From Macrostomum lignano (lineage: Eukaryota): 64,000 bases of DNA. Below are positions 20,501 through 32,100 of the stretch, one piece after another (positions within the stretch are counted from its first letter, which is position 1; each line of letters starts with the position of its first letter). The notes below the pieces were generated by a model. That model was not told the DNA's origin and did not search any database. It was given only the letters and a program-made list of their open reading frames with translations. The DNA lies in contig NIVC01003323.1 of assembly GCA_002269645.1 (NCBI GenBank), forward strand, positions 40,177-104,176. Direction: 5' to 3'. The translations under genes were made by a program, and so were the position numbers.

Positions 20501-23258
20501 AATGTATATTCAAAATCCTAATCAACCATAAAAATCGCCAAGTATAATCTTACCAATACAAGAGTAGCCATCTCCATAGTAACCTGGGCGACACGCGCAC
20601 GAAAACGAGCCCGGATTATTGGTGCAAATAGCGTTTGCGTCGCACGGAGAAGAGCTGCACTCGTCAATGTCTGCGGAAGATGGTGCATGGATTAGAGTTT
20701 ACATGATTAATATTTTTCATACTTTGGATGTATGCATGTACTTTAAAGACTGTCGCACGAACCTGCGTTGCAGTTAATTCCTGACCAACCAGTCGGACAG
20801 ACGCACTGATATGCGTTAACTCGGTCAATGCAGCTGCCACGGACGCACGGGTTCGAACCGCATTCATTGATGTCTGAAAAGTAGTTGGCATACTTTTTGG
20901 AAATGAATCAAAAGCCCGCGCTTTGAAAACTATAGAGAACCTTACCTGTTTGACAGAGAAATCCAGTGTAACCCGGCGCGCATGTGCATTCAAAGTAGGT
21001 GCTCGTTGTACGGCAAGTCCCGCCATTATTGCAGGGTGAGCTACTGCACAGATGCGATACGTTCACGTACACTCCGCCACTAGTTGTAGTGAGAACGAGA
21101 ACTGGAGAAGTTGTTGTTGCTTTTGGTGTGGAAGTAGTCTGTGCCGCGCCTTCGCTTGTAGATGATTCTGCAATGCTATTCGTAGTTGTTTGTGAGTCTG
21201 TAGACTCAGATGCAACAGTCACTTTGGTACCCGACGATGTTGCGTCTGACAAATGCGAAGTTGTTTCCGATGATATAGCAGTTGTTGCCTCGCTTGATGA
21301 TGCAGTAGGAGTTACCGTTGACTCTATTGTAGCCTGTGCTGTGTTAGATATCTCAGTGGTGCCAAATGTCTCCGTAGAGGGTGCAGGAGTTGCTGTCAAC
21401 TCAATTGTAGGCTGGGTTGTTTCAGATGTGCCCGTTCCCTCGAAGGTTGGCGATGGAGTTAACGTTAGCTCCATGGTTGTTGCAGTTACTCCGGTTGTGT
21501 CAGTTACTCCGGTTGTGTCAGTTACTCCAGTTGTGTCAGTTACTCCAGTTGTGTCAGTTACTCCAGTTGTGTCAGTTACTCCAGTTGTGTCAGTTACTCT
21601 GGTTGTATCAGGTACTCCAGCTGTGTCAGTTACTCCGGTTGTATCAGGTACTCCAGTTGTGTCAGTTACTCCAGTTGTGTCAGTGACCTCGGGGGACGGT
21701 GTTGGAGACGGTGTCGGCTCTACCGTTGTGTCAGTTGCCTCCGTTGTGTCAGTGACCTCGGGGGACGGTGTAGGAGACGGTGTCGGCTCTACCGTTGTGT
21801 CAGTCGCCTCCGTTGTGTCAGTCGCCTCCGTTGTGTCAGTGACCTCGGGGGACGGTGTTGGAGACGGTGTCGGCTCTACCGTTGTGTCAGTTGCCTCCGT
21901 TGTGTCAGTGACCTCGGGGGACGGTGTAGGAGACGGTGTCGGCTCTACCGTTGTGTCAGTCGCCTCCGTTGTGTCAGTCGCCTCCGTTGTGTCAGTGATC
22001 TCGGGGGACGGTGTTGGAGACGGTGTCGGCTCTACCGTTGTGTCAGTCGCTTCAGTTGTGTCAGCCGCCTCCGTTGTGTCAGTGACCTCGGGGGACGGTG
22101 TTGGAGACGGTGTCGGCTCTACCGTTGTGTCAGTCGCCTCAGTTGTGTCAGTCGCCTCAGTTGTGTCAGTCGCTTCAGTTGTGTCAGTCGCCTCCGTTGT
22201 GTCAGTGACCTCGGGGGACGGTGTTGGAGACGGTGTCGGCTCTACCGTTGTGTCAGTCGCCTCCGTTGTGTCAGTCGCCTCCGTTGTGTCAGTCGCCTCC
22301 GTTGTGTCAGTGATCTCGGGGGACGGTGTTGGAGACGGTGTCGGCTCTACCGTTGTGTCAGTCGCTTCAGTTGTGTCAGCCGCCTTCGTTGTGTCAGTGA
22401 CCTCGGGGACGGTGTTGGAGACGGTGTCGGCTCTACCGTTGTGTCAGTCGCCTCAGTTGTGTCAGTCGCCTCCGTTGTGTCAGTCGCCTCAGTTGTGTCA
22501 GTCGCCTCCGTTGTGTCAGTGACCTCGGGGGACGGTGTTGGAGACGGTGTCGGCTCTACCGTTGTGTCAGTCGCCTCAGTTGTGTCAGTCGCCTCCGTTG
22601 TGTCAGTCGCCTCCGTTGTGTCAGTCGCCTCCGTTGTGTCAGTGACCTCGGGGGACGGTGTTGGAGACGGTGTTGGCTCTACCGTTGCGTCAGTCGCTTC
22701 TGTTGTGTCAGTCGCCTCCGTTGTGTCAGTCGCCTCCGTTGTGTCAGTCGCTTCTGTTGTGTCAGTCGCCTCCCTTGTGTCAGTCGCTTCTGTTGTGTCA
22801 GTCGCCTCCGTTGTGTCAGTTTCCTCGGGAGACGGTACAGGTGTCGGTGTCGGTTTGACGGTTGTGTCAGTGGCCTCCGTTGTGTCAGCAACTGTCACTG
22901 GAGTCGGCGTCGGCTCCATGGGTGTGTCAGTAGTTGAGGCTTGCCCATTTGAGTCTGTTTATGCAATTATGTTAATTAATTTTCAAATAAACCGAACTTT
23001 ATGCTTAATAATACCATATAACTACGATAAATTAAAATGGAATCATTTCTAGGTAAATTTTCACTGACTAGATCAGCGATGATCTGGCTATCAGCCTTGT
23101 CGTCGATGTTCATTTTATGCTAACCTTGAAACAAAATTTCATGGAATTGACAAACTTTAATAAAAAAATTTTTTGAATAGCTTGTTCCCGAAGAACTTAC
23201 CCAGCAGTGCCAGTGCTATTGCAAGGCCTATGAGCAGCCGAATTGCACTGCATCGCAT
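14594..23258 (-). CDS. MUC4/mesh-like type I membrane mucin (signal peptide, PTS repeats, 3 EGF, NIDO, AMOP, GDPH/VWD, Ig/cadherin-like segment, 5 EGF-like, TM), ~1900 aa, 13 exons
   Basis: Exons with GT-AG ends and consistent phases: 23258-23201 ([19 protein letters not shown]), 22954-20946 (TDTTEA repeats + EGF; net 1-bp deletion near 22405), 20873-20763, 20670-20554, 20447-20314, 20213-19827, 19723-18820, 18740-17986 ([13 protein letters not shown]), 17902-17446, 17352-17167, 16924-16662, 15625-15439, 14727-14594 ([28 protein letters not shown]). Sum is 5703 nt with the missing base restored. The final exon and stop are less certain. Confidence 0.88.
21475..22920 (-). repeat. Coding VNTR of the mucin: (TDTTEA)1-7 alternating with [14 protein letters not shown], then (TDTTGV)n
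   Basis: 18-nt and 42-nt units read directly; explains the antisense Val/Ser-rich ORFs. Confidence 0.95.
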
Positions 23259-23855
23259 ATTTGGCTAGGAAATCGAGAGTATAGAAATTACAATTGAAAC
23301 TGTCTATTACGTGTGCGGTACTATTCAATAGAGAATTTAAAACAATTATCTCCTTCGATTGCAGCAAATGCGAAAGTCCAATGCTTTTATGTACACCAGA
23401 TCTATTATAACTAGACAATTCTCATTCGCTAACGCACTTCTGTACTAAGACGCCAGAGCCGTGCATTTAAACCATTTATTAATTTTTTTCTATTTTTTAA
23501 GACGATGAGGCTTGAAGACAATGAAGTAGAGGCGATCTCATTGGCTGTCCAAGGTACGGCACACAAACTTTACAGTGTGAGCTCATCCCGTCCGGATTTT
23601 TCTAGCTCGTAGCTCGCATAGCCTCTGTTCCAAGTTATCCGTTTCGAATATGAAAAACTTGAACTGCTTTTATTGCCCTAATTTTCAGTCTAGCCATTGC
23701 GTCCTGCGGCGGACGACTCGAAAATATTGTTACACGATTTACGATTGATGCACGAACTTTTTATTGCTTATTGTCTGCGATAACAAACGCAGAAAATTCC
23801 GCCACCTTCTAGAATAATGACTGGAGAGTAGAAGACTCGAGTTTCGATTTTGATT

Positions 23856-24088
<233 letters not shown>

Positions 24089-24949
24089 AGTTAGCTTTAA
24101 TAAACTCTTTTACAAAAGTTTCTATTTCTTTTTTCTAAGGACACCCTGATAGCCCAACTCATCAGTTCTATTATTAGCTCAGACCACGCGAGAAGCGAGT
24201 GCCGCAAAACTGCTTTAAGCTTAAGTTGTCTGCCACGCGGATGGTAGTTGAATGCTTTATAAAAAAATTGCCATCCAAGCCCCCTTTCATAAAACTTCTT
24301 TTCACAACCCACGGGCGCATCTGAGCAGGAGAATAGACAATAAGAAGTAGAAACTGAAGGAGTAGGAAAATAAAAAAAAGCTGAAAAGCATCACACCACT
24401 CTGCATGCACTCTACTGCTACTACAAGTATAACATAGGTGATCATATACTCGTGCGAGTACTTTACAAGACATAAATAAACATTTGTGCAGGCAAATTGA
24501 CCTATGGACGAGTAAACAACTGAGTAAATATTAATGTCTAAAATAGAGCACAGTCGACGTATGACCCAAAAATATACATGATCTGCAAATTACATGTACT
24601 GGTACATTTAATAACGGTATTCCGACATTCAACGTTTCCTATGTTGATGGACGGACCTAAATAAAAATAAATTGCTACTGTTAAATAACGCCGACTTATG
24701 ATTTCACCAACAAGAATCACTGTATAAAGTTCTCTTGTAGGAAATACACAATCACAGTTTATTTCACAATTACACACTTACATTGACATGTGTACCAGGT
24801 ACCTACCTCGTAACGCGGAGTTAGTTGATGTTTTTAACAAACTTGTACTCGTACTACATGCGTATGACAATGTACTGTACAGATTCAGGGTTAGATTGAA
24901 TATAATAAAGGGCTCAGCTCAGTTCATCATCAATATTCCGTTAATTCGG

Positions 24950-25855
24950 TCGTCAGGTCGATCTGTGCTCCAAAAGGTGCTCCGTGCCAGAGCAGCTGAT
25001 TTCCGCCATTACGATGTACCGTGATACAAAAGCTGCTGTTTCAACATCGGACGGCCTATCGGACTTCTTTGAGACATCCTTCGGGGTGCTTCAGGGAGAT
25101 AACACTTGCGCCGTTTCTGTTCGTTCTGGTGCTTGGCTGGGTGCTGCGGACCGCTCTTCCTACCAACGACGACGGCTTTCTGTTGCGGCGACGCTTGGTT
25201 CGACGTCAATCGGAGAGGCGGCTCAGCGTGCTTGGCTACGCCGACGACCTCGTCCTTAACTGTCGAGGGTGCCCAGCGACAACTGGACAAGCTAGTTGCT
25301 GTTGCGGCGAGTGTCGGCCTAGTGGTCAACACGCAGAAGACCGTCGTGCTCTGCGTGCCGGACGACATCGAGGCAGCGATTTTGTGCCAAGGCGCTGATG
25401 GACAGGCGTTGTCAGCAGTTCGTTTACCTCGGCGGTCTGGTTCCTGGCGTCACGAGGATTTGCGGGCTTGTCTGGGCTGCCTTTTGTTCTGTGAAGGCAG
25501 TCCTGCAGTCTAAGGCCTTAACCTGACCGCCAGATCAGGGCGGCGTTGTTCCAGTCGGTGATAGAGACCGTCCCGCTGTACAACGCCGAGACCTGGACGC
25601 TGACGGAGTCGCTCGAGCAATAAGTTGACGCGGCGCATGCTGGCCTGTTGTGCACCGCCTTCAAGATGGGCTACGAGCGAGTGATCTGCAACGCGGCTTT
25701 GTATCACTTGGCCGGTCTGGTCCGTCCAAGCGACCTGTTGCGCCCTCGGCGACTCTAGCTGGCAGGCCACATCATCCGTGCTGAGTCGTACTGCCCAGAG
25801 TCGTGCTGCTGTGCCGAGTATGGAGATCCGCTGGTGCCGGTGTCCGCGACGCGGT
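24950..25855 (+). mobile_element. Degenerate 5'-truncated non-LTR retrotransposon, RT C-terminal half (RTE-like)
   Basis: Across frameshifts: MYRDTKAAVSTSDGLSDFFETSFGVLQGD, LAPFLFVLVL, LGYADDL, GLVVNTQKT, LYNAETWTLT, LAGHIIRAE. Several frameshifts and stops. Confidence 0.9.
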
Positions 25856-26059
25856 CCCCTCCCTTCAGATTTTTGTTGTGACAGTACAGCTCATACACTA
25901 GTAGGTAGTAAGTAGCAGACCTACTGAAAAGCTCTTCATCTTCCAATCAGTTTTTAGCCTAAAGAACTTATATTTGAAGTTTAAATTTGAAAAAAATTAA
26001 GTTGTTTAATTCATTCGGTAGATTTTCATTGGCTTACTTTACGTTCCTCTCCTTCACAG

Positions 26060-26227
26060 TGTAAACTAAGCAAAAGGCAGGTTTGGGCTAGTCCGAGAAA
26101 ACAAGAAGTGGCTAAAGCCAAGCGAGATATTTTATATTTGATTTTGAAATGTACACTGGCGATTGTACACTGAGCATAAAACACATAAGTTCACGCGCAC
26201 GCGAGAGCGAAACTGATGCTATTTACA
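26060..26227 (-). repeat. Gypsy 3' LTR (168 bp)
   Basis: TG...CA ends; 26180-26227 is identical to 28155-28202. Confidence 0.9.
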
Positions 26228-26323
26228 TCACTCCCTCCCTAAATTGAGGATTTAAAAAAAACAATGGCTTAAAAAAAGTGACGATTTAACTTAGAATTCG
26301 AGCGCGACAGCATGTTTGTTTGA

Positions 26324-27700
26324 TTAGAAATGCGCAACAAAAAAATCAGGCGGTCTCCGAGTCCTCTCAGAGCGACGAGGCCCAGAAGCCGTCGGCTCGT
26401 CCAGCAGATCCGTCCAGGTCTGCCGCAGATCAACGGGACTGGGCGGCCGGCCGTCCTCTGCAGCATGCGGGTCAGCGGCGGGCAACGCAAGCGTTGGCTG
26501 CGGCCGCCTGCGCACGAACGCCTTCAGCCGGTCGTGATGCACCACCGAGCTTCGCCTCTGGCCGGCGGGCTTAGAGATTCGGTAGGTGACGAGGCCGAGC
26601 TTTTCGAGAATGCGGTAGGGCCCCAGCCACCGACGGCGGAGCGCCTTGAATTCGCCTTTCCGGACCGCCGGGTTGCTGAGCATCACCAGCTGGCCGACCT
26701 GAAACGGAGTGAAGTGATGGCGCTTGTCGAAGTGCTGCTTCCGCGACCGCTGAGTCGACAGCAGGCGCTGCCGCACGAGCTGCATTCCGGTGCGGGCGTT
26801 GGCTAGCGTGTCCGTGATGACGCGCCCCTCGCTGGTGGCCGGCAGACTGAGATCGGCGGGAATCCGGGGATCGCGCCCGTGCAGCACTGCATATGGCGAT
26901 TGCTTTGTTGTCCTGTGCACCGACGAATTGCACGCCCATCCATACGGCAGGAAGTCTGCCCACTTGTCGTGCTGTTCCATGCAGTAGGCCGCCAGCATGT
27001 CGCCCAATGTTCTGTTAAACCGCTCGACCACTGGGTTGCCGCTTGGATGAAACAGGATCGTCCTTGTCTTGCGAATATCGAGCAGCTGGCACAGTTCCTT
27101 GAAGACCTCGCTTTCGAATTGACGACCTTGATCGGAATGGATGATTCCAGGCGACCCATGGCGAAGAACCACACTGCGCAGCATTGCCTCAGCCACCGTG
27201 CGGGCTTCGATGTTTGTCACTGCCATCGCCTCGACCCACTTTGAAAACACATCCGTGAAGCAGATGATGTGCTTGAGGCCAGCCTCGGTCGTAGGCAGGG
27301 GTCCCTTAATGTCCACCTGCACCATCTCCCACGGGGCCGATGGCACGGCGTTGTCCTGCAGTGGTGCCCTCTGGTGCTGATGTGGCACCTTACGACGCTG
27401 ACAAACTTCGCAGCTGTTTGCCCAGTGCTGAACGTCCTTGAGGCCAGGCCACCAGGCTCTGTTGACGACTCTGGCCAGTGTCCTGTCGGGTCCGAGGTGT
27501 CCACTCGCCAGATCATCGTGCAGCAACCTCAGAAGCTCCTGGCGGAGTTGAAGCGGAATGACAGGCTTGCCGCTCCTTCTGATGACGCCGTCCTCACCTA
27601 GATCCAGCTTTTCTGTCCTCAGCAGGCTCTCTGCATCCTCTGCAGCCTTGCCTCGGCGGGGCTGCTGTCCGATGAGCAGCCGTTGTGCCGCCGCCAGCAC
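26324..27700 (-). CDS. Gypsy integrase (HHCC zinc finger, DDE core, GPY motif)
   Basis: HDDLASGHLG...CEVC, VDIKGP, DVFSKW, HSDQG, VERFNRT, WLGPY, C-terminal RRSERTRRPP; open for 458 codons but with no ATG start. Confidence 0.9.
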   Translation of the reverse strand: MLAAAQRLLIGQQPRRGKAAEDAESLLRTEKLDLGEDGVIRRSGKPVIPLQLRQELLRLLHDDLASGHLGPDRTLARVVNRAWWPGLKDVQHWANSCEVCQRRKVPHQHQRAPLQDNAVPSAPWEMVQVDIKGPLPTTEAGLKHIICFTDVFSKWVEAMAVTNIEARTVAEAMLRSVVLRHGSPGIIHSDQGRQFESEVFKELCQLLDIRKTRTILFHPSGNPVVERFNRTLGDMLAAYCMEQHDKWADFLPYGWACNSSVHRTTKQSPYAVLHGRDPRIPADLSLPATSEGRVITDTLANARTGMQLVRQRLLSTQRSRKQHFDKRHHFTPFQVGQLVMLSNPAVRKGEFKALRRRWLGPYRILEKLGLVTYRISKPAGQRRSSVVHHDRLKAFVRRRPQPTLALPAADPHAAEDGRPPSPVDLRQTWTDLLDEPTASGPRRSERTRRPPDFFVAHF

Positions 27701-28154
27701 CGGTCGTCAGCCTGCGCTGCACTGATAGCCTCGTCCGACCAGACAGGTGGCAGCCGAGTCGCCGCCGCTCGGCTTGGCGCATCTGCCACCACGTTCTCGT
27801 GACCGGGTCTGAAGAGCAGCGTGAAGTTGATCTCTTGCAGGTAGGTGATCCACCTGGCGAGGCGGCCTTCGGGTTCTTTTTTTGTTCAGCAACCCTTGCA
27901 ACGGCTTGTGGTCGCTGAAGACCAGAATTTCACCAGCTGACGCCAAGTAGTTTCGGAAGTGCTTCATTGCCCACACCATTGCAAGAAGCTCTCGGTGCGT
28001 TGTCGAGTAATTCCGCTCTGACTTGTTCAGGACTCGCGATGCGTATGCTACGACATTCAACGCCTTTGTGCAGCTGGCTGAGGACACCCGCGACCCGGAG
28101 AAGTCCGGCAGCTTCAGCAGTGGAGGCGCCGAGAGCGCTGACTTCAGCTTCTGT

Positions 28155-28202
28155 AACACATAAGTTCACGCGCACGCGAGAGCGAAACTGATGCTATTTA
28201 CA
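28155..28202 (-). repeat. Truncated Gypsy 5' LTR (48 bp)
   Basis: Exact copy of the first 48 bp of the 3' LTR. Confidence 0.9.
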
Positions 28203-28389
28203 ACAGGATCAAGTCTCATAAACCCAGAAAAAAGGGCTACAGGTCAAAAGGGTGACAGTTACAGTGTGTGTACATTGAAATTACATGTTCAAGTTTACAT
28301 GCATTAGAAGCTTGTATTTGTTAAAATGTACGAGCAATTAAAATGTATTAGACTCCGTTACTAAGGGTCCATCTATTTCACTAACCGCA

Positions 28390-29180
28390 TTCAGTAGATC
28401 ATCCACTGAACGATTGCCGCGCCTGAATTCTCTCCAGTACTTGAAGTACTGGGCCTGCATATACCTCGCGGTATCTGGTGCGCTGCCCAAGCAAGGCAGT
28501 ACGTCGCGTCGACGTCGCTATGAAGTCGCCATTGGTCGCCATCGTCGCGGGCAAATATTGGATGCACTGTTTTAGTCGGGGCGACGTCCATGCTGTACGC
28601 GGCGCATTACTCCTTGGAGGAGGAGCTGCACCTCCACGGGGATCATACGCGCTTCTTCATTGAATAGGAGCTTGCAATCAGATAGAATTGCATGTTTTCT
28701 CGCTGGGCTCTGTAGTTTAGCGCACGATGCCAGCTGTCTAAGTTGTTGGTCCGAATCGCCTGTGAAATAAAGAATATACACAAACGCGTAAATAATAAGC
28801 AGTGTACATGTAATGTGTATAAAAATTGTCGACCGACTACCCGGGCTGCCAAAGAACATTCGTCCAACGAAAAGGATATTTAAGCAAAGTGAATAGTTGG
28901 CTCGTACTTCCGGGTACATTTCGTCTGGGTACATAGTATGGTTTTTTTTCATAACTTTACCTGTCTGTATACGGAGATGTCATGGACGTTCCAGATGGAG
29001 CTGGTGATCCACGTCACTTGGACATAGTTGCACAGGGCAGTCGGGAGAGGTGTCACCCTTTGACTACCCGCCCTTTTGATCGGTTCCCGCAAAAAGTAAG
29101 GCAGACCAAGCAAATTTTCGTCTAAATTACCCCCTTCCGCTCGAAGGAATCCCCATAATTGAACTTCTTGGTTCACCATC
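28390..29180 (-). pseudogene. MULE/Mutator-like transposase C-terminal remnant with one intron
   Basis: NYVQVTWITSSIWNV..SVYRQ|AIRTNNLDSWHRALN resembles the MULE RTNNxxExWHxxLN motif; phase-0 GT-AG intron 28960..28760; downstream frameshifts. Confidence 0.7.
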
Positions 29181-32100
29181 CGAGGAGGCTTATATTATTT
29201 ACTTTCCTCCTAGGATCCGTTGTTTCATCAAGGTCTTTTCGTTTTCTACGCTAAATGTTTATTGAAAATAACAGGCGTGTTTTTAATTTGGCTACTTTTA
29301 ATATTTTTTCTATCGGCAGTGCAAGTTAAGCCTGTAACTAAGCAAGCAAGCAAGCGAATGTATGTATAGACTAGTAATCAAGTGTTTTGAATGTTGGTGA
29401 TCGACTTCAAGCCTGATTTGAATCTGTCTGAATAACGCTTCCTATCCTGGGATCTAATGGATGCAGGAATATGAAAGGAGACGTATCTCTAATTCGATGA
29501 TTTTTTAGTCTGACTGTCTCTGAAATGACAGTATAGGCAGCAGCAGGCCTAATCTATTACTAGGAATAACTACAGATTCACACGCTAAATCCATCCGTAG
29601 TTATGCCTATTACCACTTGTCAGATTCAAAATAAAATTTCGTCCCTAAACCAAAGCAAAGTACACGTAGCGCTAGAGTATTATGGAAATCGACATAGTAT
29701 AGGCCTAATTAATTACTAGGTCTACTAGGAAAATCAACCAATCAATCACTTTTACTATAGGCTGTAAGGCTATAGGTAGCCTTACAATAAGTAGGCTCCT
29801 TTGGTCCTTGTTGTCATTGTTGTTTGCAGTTATCTCCTTTGAATGTGCTTTCTTAGCCAAACTAGACTAGATCTAGGCTAGGCAGTAGAGCTAGGGCCTA
29901 GACTAGACCCTAACCCTAATAAAACTAAAAGTGTAACTACTACTAGGCCTAGTTAGAATTATACCTAATTGTTTTTACTGCCTATAAATAAAAAAATCTT
30001 ATAGAATAGAATTAATCAAGTTATTGCATATTGCAAATCAAATGTATAATTATTAAGTAAAGTAAAAAATTCTCATAGTTTTTGAAGCCTGCTATAAAAT
30101 GAAATACTTGAATTTGGGTTGTTCCCTATCACTTTAGTTAATGGCATTTTTTAAGTTTTTATATCTCTGCACACATATGTGGCTTTTAGTTCTAGACATT
30201 TTATCTATAGCCTTATTTTCACAAACTGCAAGAACTTTGTTTTACTTAATATTAAAAAAGAATAAATTAGTCAAATATAAAAAAGTCAAAATAAGGAGCT
30301 ATAGCTATGCACCTATAGCCATCTATAATTTAATTTTTAATTATAATTCTTTTTTCTAAAATTAATAGTTAATTTTGCTATTTTTAATAATAATATTTCT
30401 ACTAGACATAATTATTTATTAGTTTAAATAAATAAATAAAAATATGCTTAGAATAGATTAGTTTAAATTTATATTAATATATAATTGTTATTTTTGAAGA
30501 AGTCAATTTTATCTTGAAGTTAGGCCCTATATAAGACTAAGAGGTATCCCAAAAGTTTAATTGATTCTACTATAGACATTGCTCTAAACTACCTGCAACT
30601 ATTATCACTGCTACTTTGTGGCTAATAATTTTGTACACACTTGAGATATTTGTATTTTTCTTATCATTATTGCAATTCTCCCTAATAATAGGTCTTAATA
30701 TTTTCCCTTTGGCTAATATTGCAGTAATAAAATGATATGACCCATAGAACAAGTAGTGGTATTATATTAAAACTGAATGGCTATAAAACTGCTAGTTACA
30801 CAAGTCTATTGGCAGCTTCCTAGCTTATAGATGCATATAGCAAAGATGCATTATATTTTAGCATATTATATACAAATGGTAGGATTAGTTCAAGAGTGGC
30901 TATATTTTGAGTTTGACTTTGGACAAGCCACGATCTAAGAGACCCTGAGAAGTGCAGATTGATAGCAACATTGAGCTTATCTGTGGTTTGCTAGAAATTG
31001 ATTCATGATAAACATTCAAAAAATAGTAGAACTTAGTGAAATTCCTTAATTTACCATTTATCAAATTCTTATAGAAGACATAAAGTTGCCAGTATCAATG
31101 CTTAAATGAGCTCTTTAATGAGATCATCTGATTTCTAAAACACCAAAGTGATTTATATGTTGCAAAAAGTGTTCAGAAATTGCTGGAATGCTAGGAACAA
31201 ACCATTTTATTCAATGCATCCTATTTTGAATCCTTGTAAAAAATCAACTTTTTGATGTAGGCTAATGTCAGTCTAAACTATAACATGATTATATAAACTT
31301 TTGGGAGGCCCTCATAGATAGTCTATTTAACTTTATAAGTTAGGCCTAATTTGTCAATCTAGATTTCATTTTTTTTAACTTTATAGTTGTAATTATAGAA
31401 CTTAAATTCTAAAGCAACTATTTATTATTGGCTTATTATTATTGACATAGGCTATATAGCCTACACATTATTTATAAAATATGATTAAAATAATATATGT
31501 TGAACAATATTTTTTACTAAAATAAATAAGAAAATTTATGATTTTTTACATTTTATATATTGGATTTATAAGATGCAATCCTATTAATATAAATTTTATA
31601 TGCATGAAACTATCTTCTAATCTAGCTAATATATATATTTTTTAATTTTGGTTATTGATTTAGCAACTTACCCTTAATTTGCCAAAGTTTATTCCAAAAA
31701 ATTCTATAGATCTATAGTTTAATAGTAATAAATTTTTTTCCTATATGTATATTTGTAGCCATATCAAATGTTTTCCTATAGGGCCTATCCTTATCTGTAG
31801 TAGCTAACTATTTTTATATAGCTTTTAATGATATAAAAAATCAATAGTAAAAGTTATTCTATTATTTGCTATAACATAATGATGAAATAAAAGTAACAGT
31901 AATAGTTTAACTTATTACTGATTTATAGGTTTTATTTATTTATTGTATAAAAAGAATGGTTAGTATTGCATTCATCTTAACTTTATCCCCTATCACCTTA
32001 ACTATACAAAGTGCATTAATATGGCATAGAAAATCTCTACTGCTTGAGTCTAACCACATTTTAATAAAAAATACAGTTAAACATTCTTTAATGATATTGT

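Larger units (their letters stand above)
26060..28202 (-). mobile_element. Internally deleted Ty3/Gypsy LTR retrotransposon
   Basis: Termini TGTAAA...TTTACA; 4-bp TSD ACAG at 26056-26059 and 28203-28206. 3' LTR 26060-26227 preceded by PPT TTTAGGGAGGGAGTGA. Only 48 bp of the 5' LTR remain (28155-28202), fused to the RT connection (LQKLKSALSAPPLLKLPDF) and RNase H remnants (VVAYASR, FSDHKPL). Confidence 0.93.

Noticed and set aside
20999-23052. Plus-strand Val/Ser-rich ORFs (507 and 203 aa)
   Set aside because: Antisense shadows of the mucin repeat exon.
26330-27601. Plus-strand ORFs over the Gypsy element
   Set aside because: Antisense shadows of GC-rich integrase sequence.
28243-29065. 15-bp inverted repeat (GGTCAAAAGGGTGACA / TGTCACCCTTTGACT) as possible TIRs
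   Set aside because: One copy lies inside the MULE coding remnant; it has an indel and no TSD.
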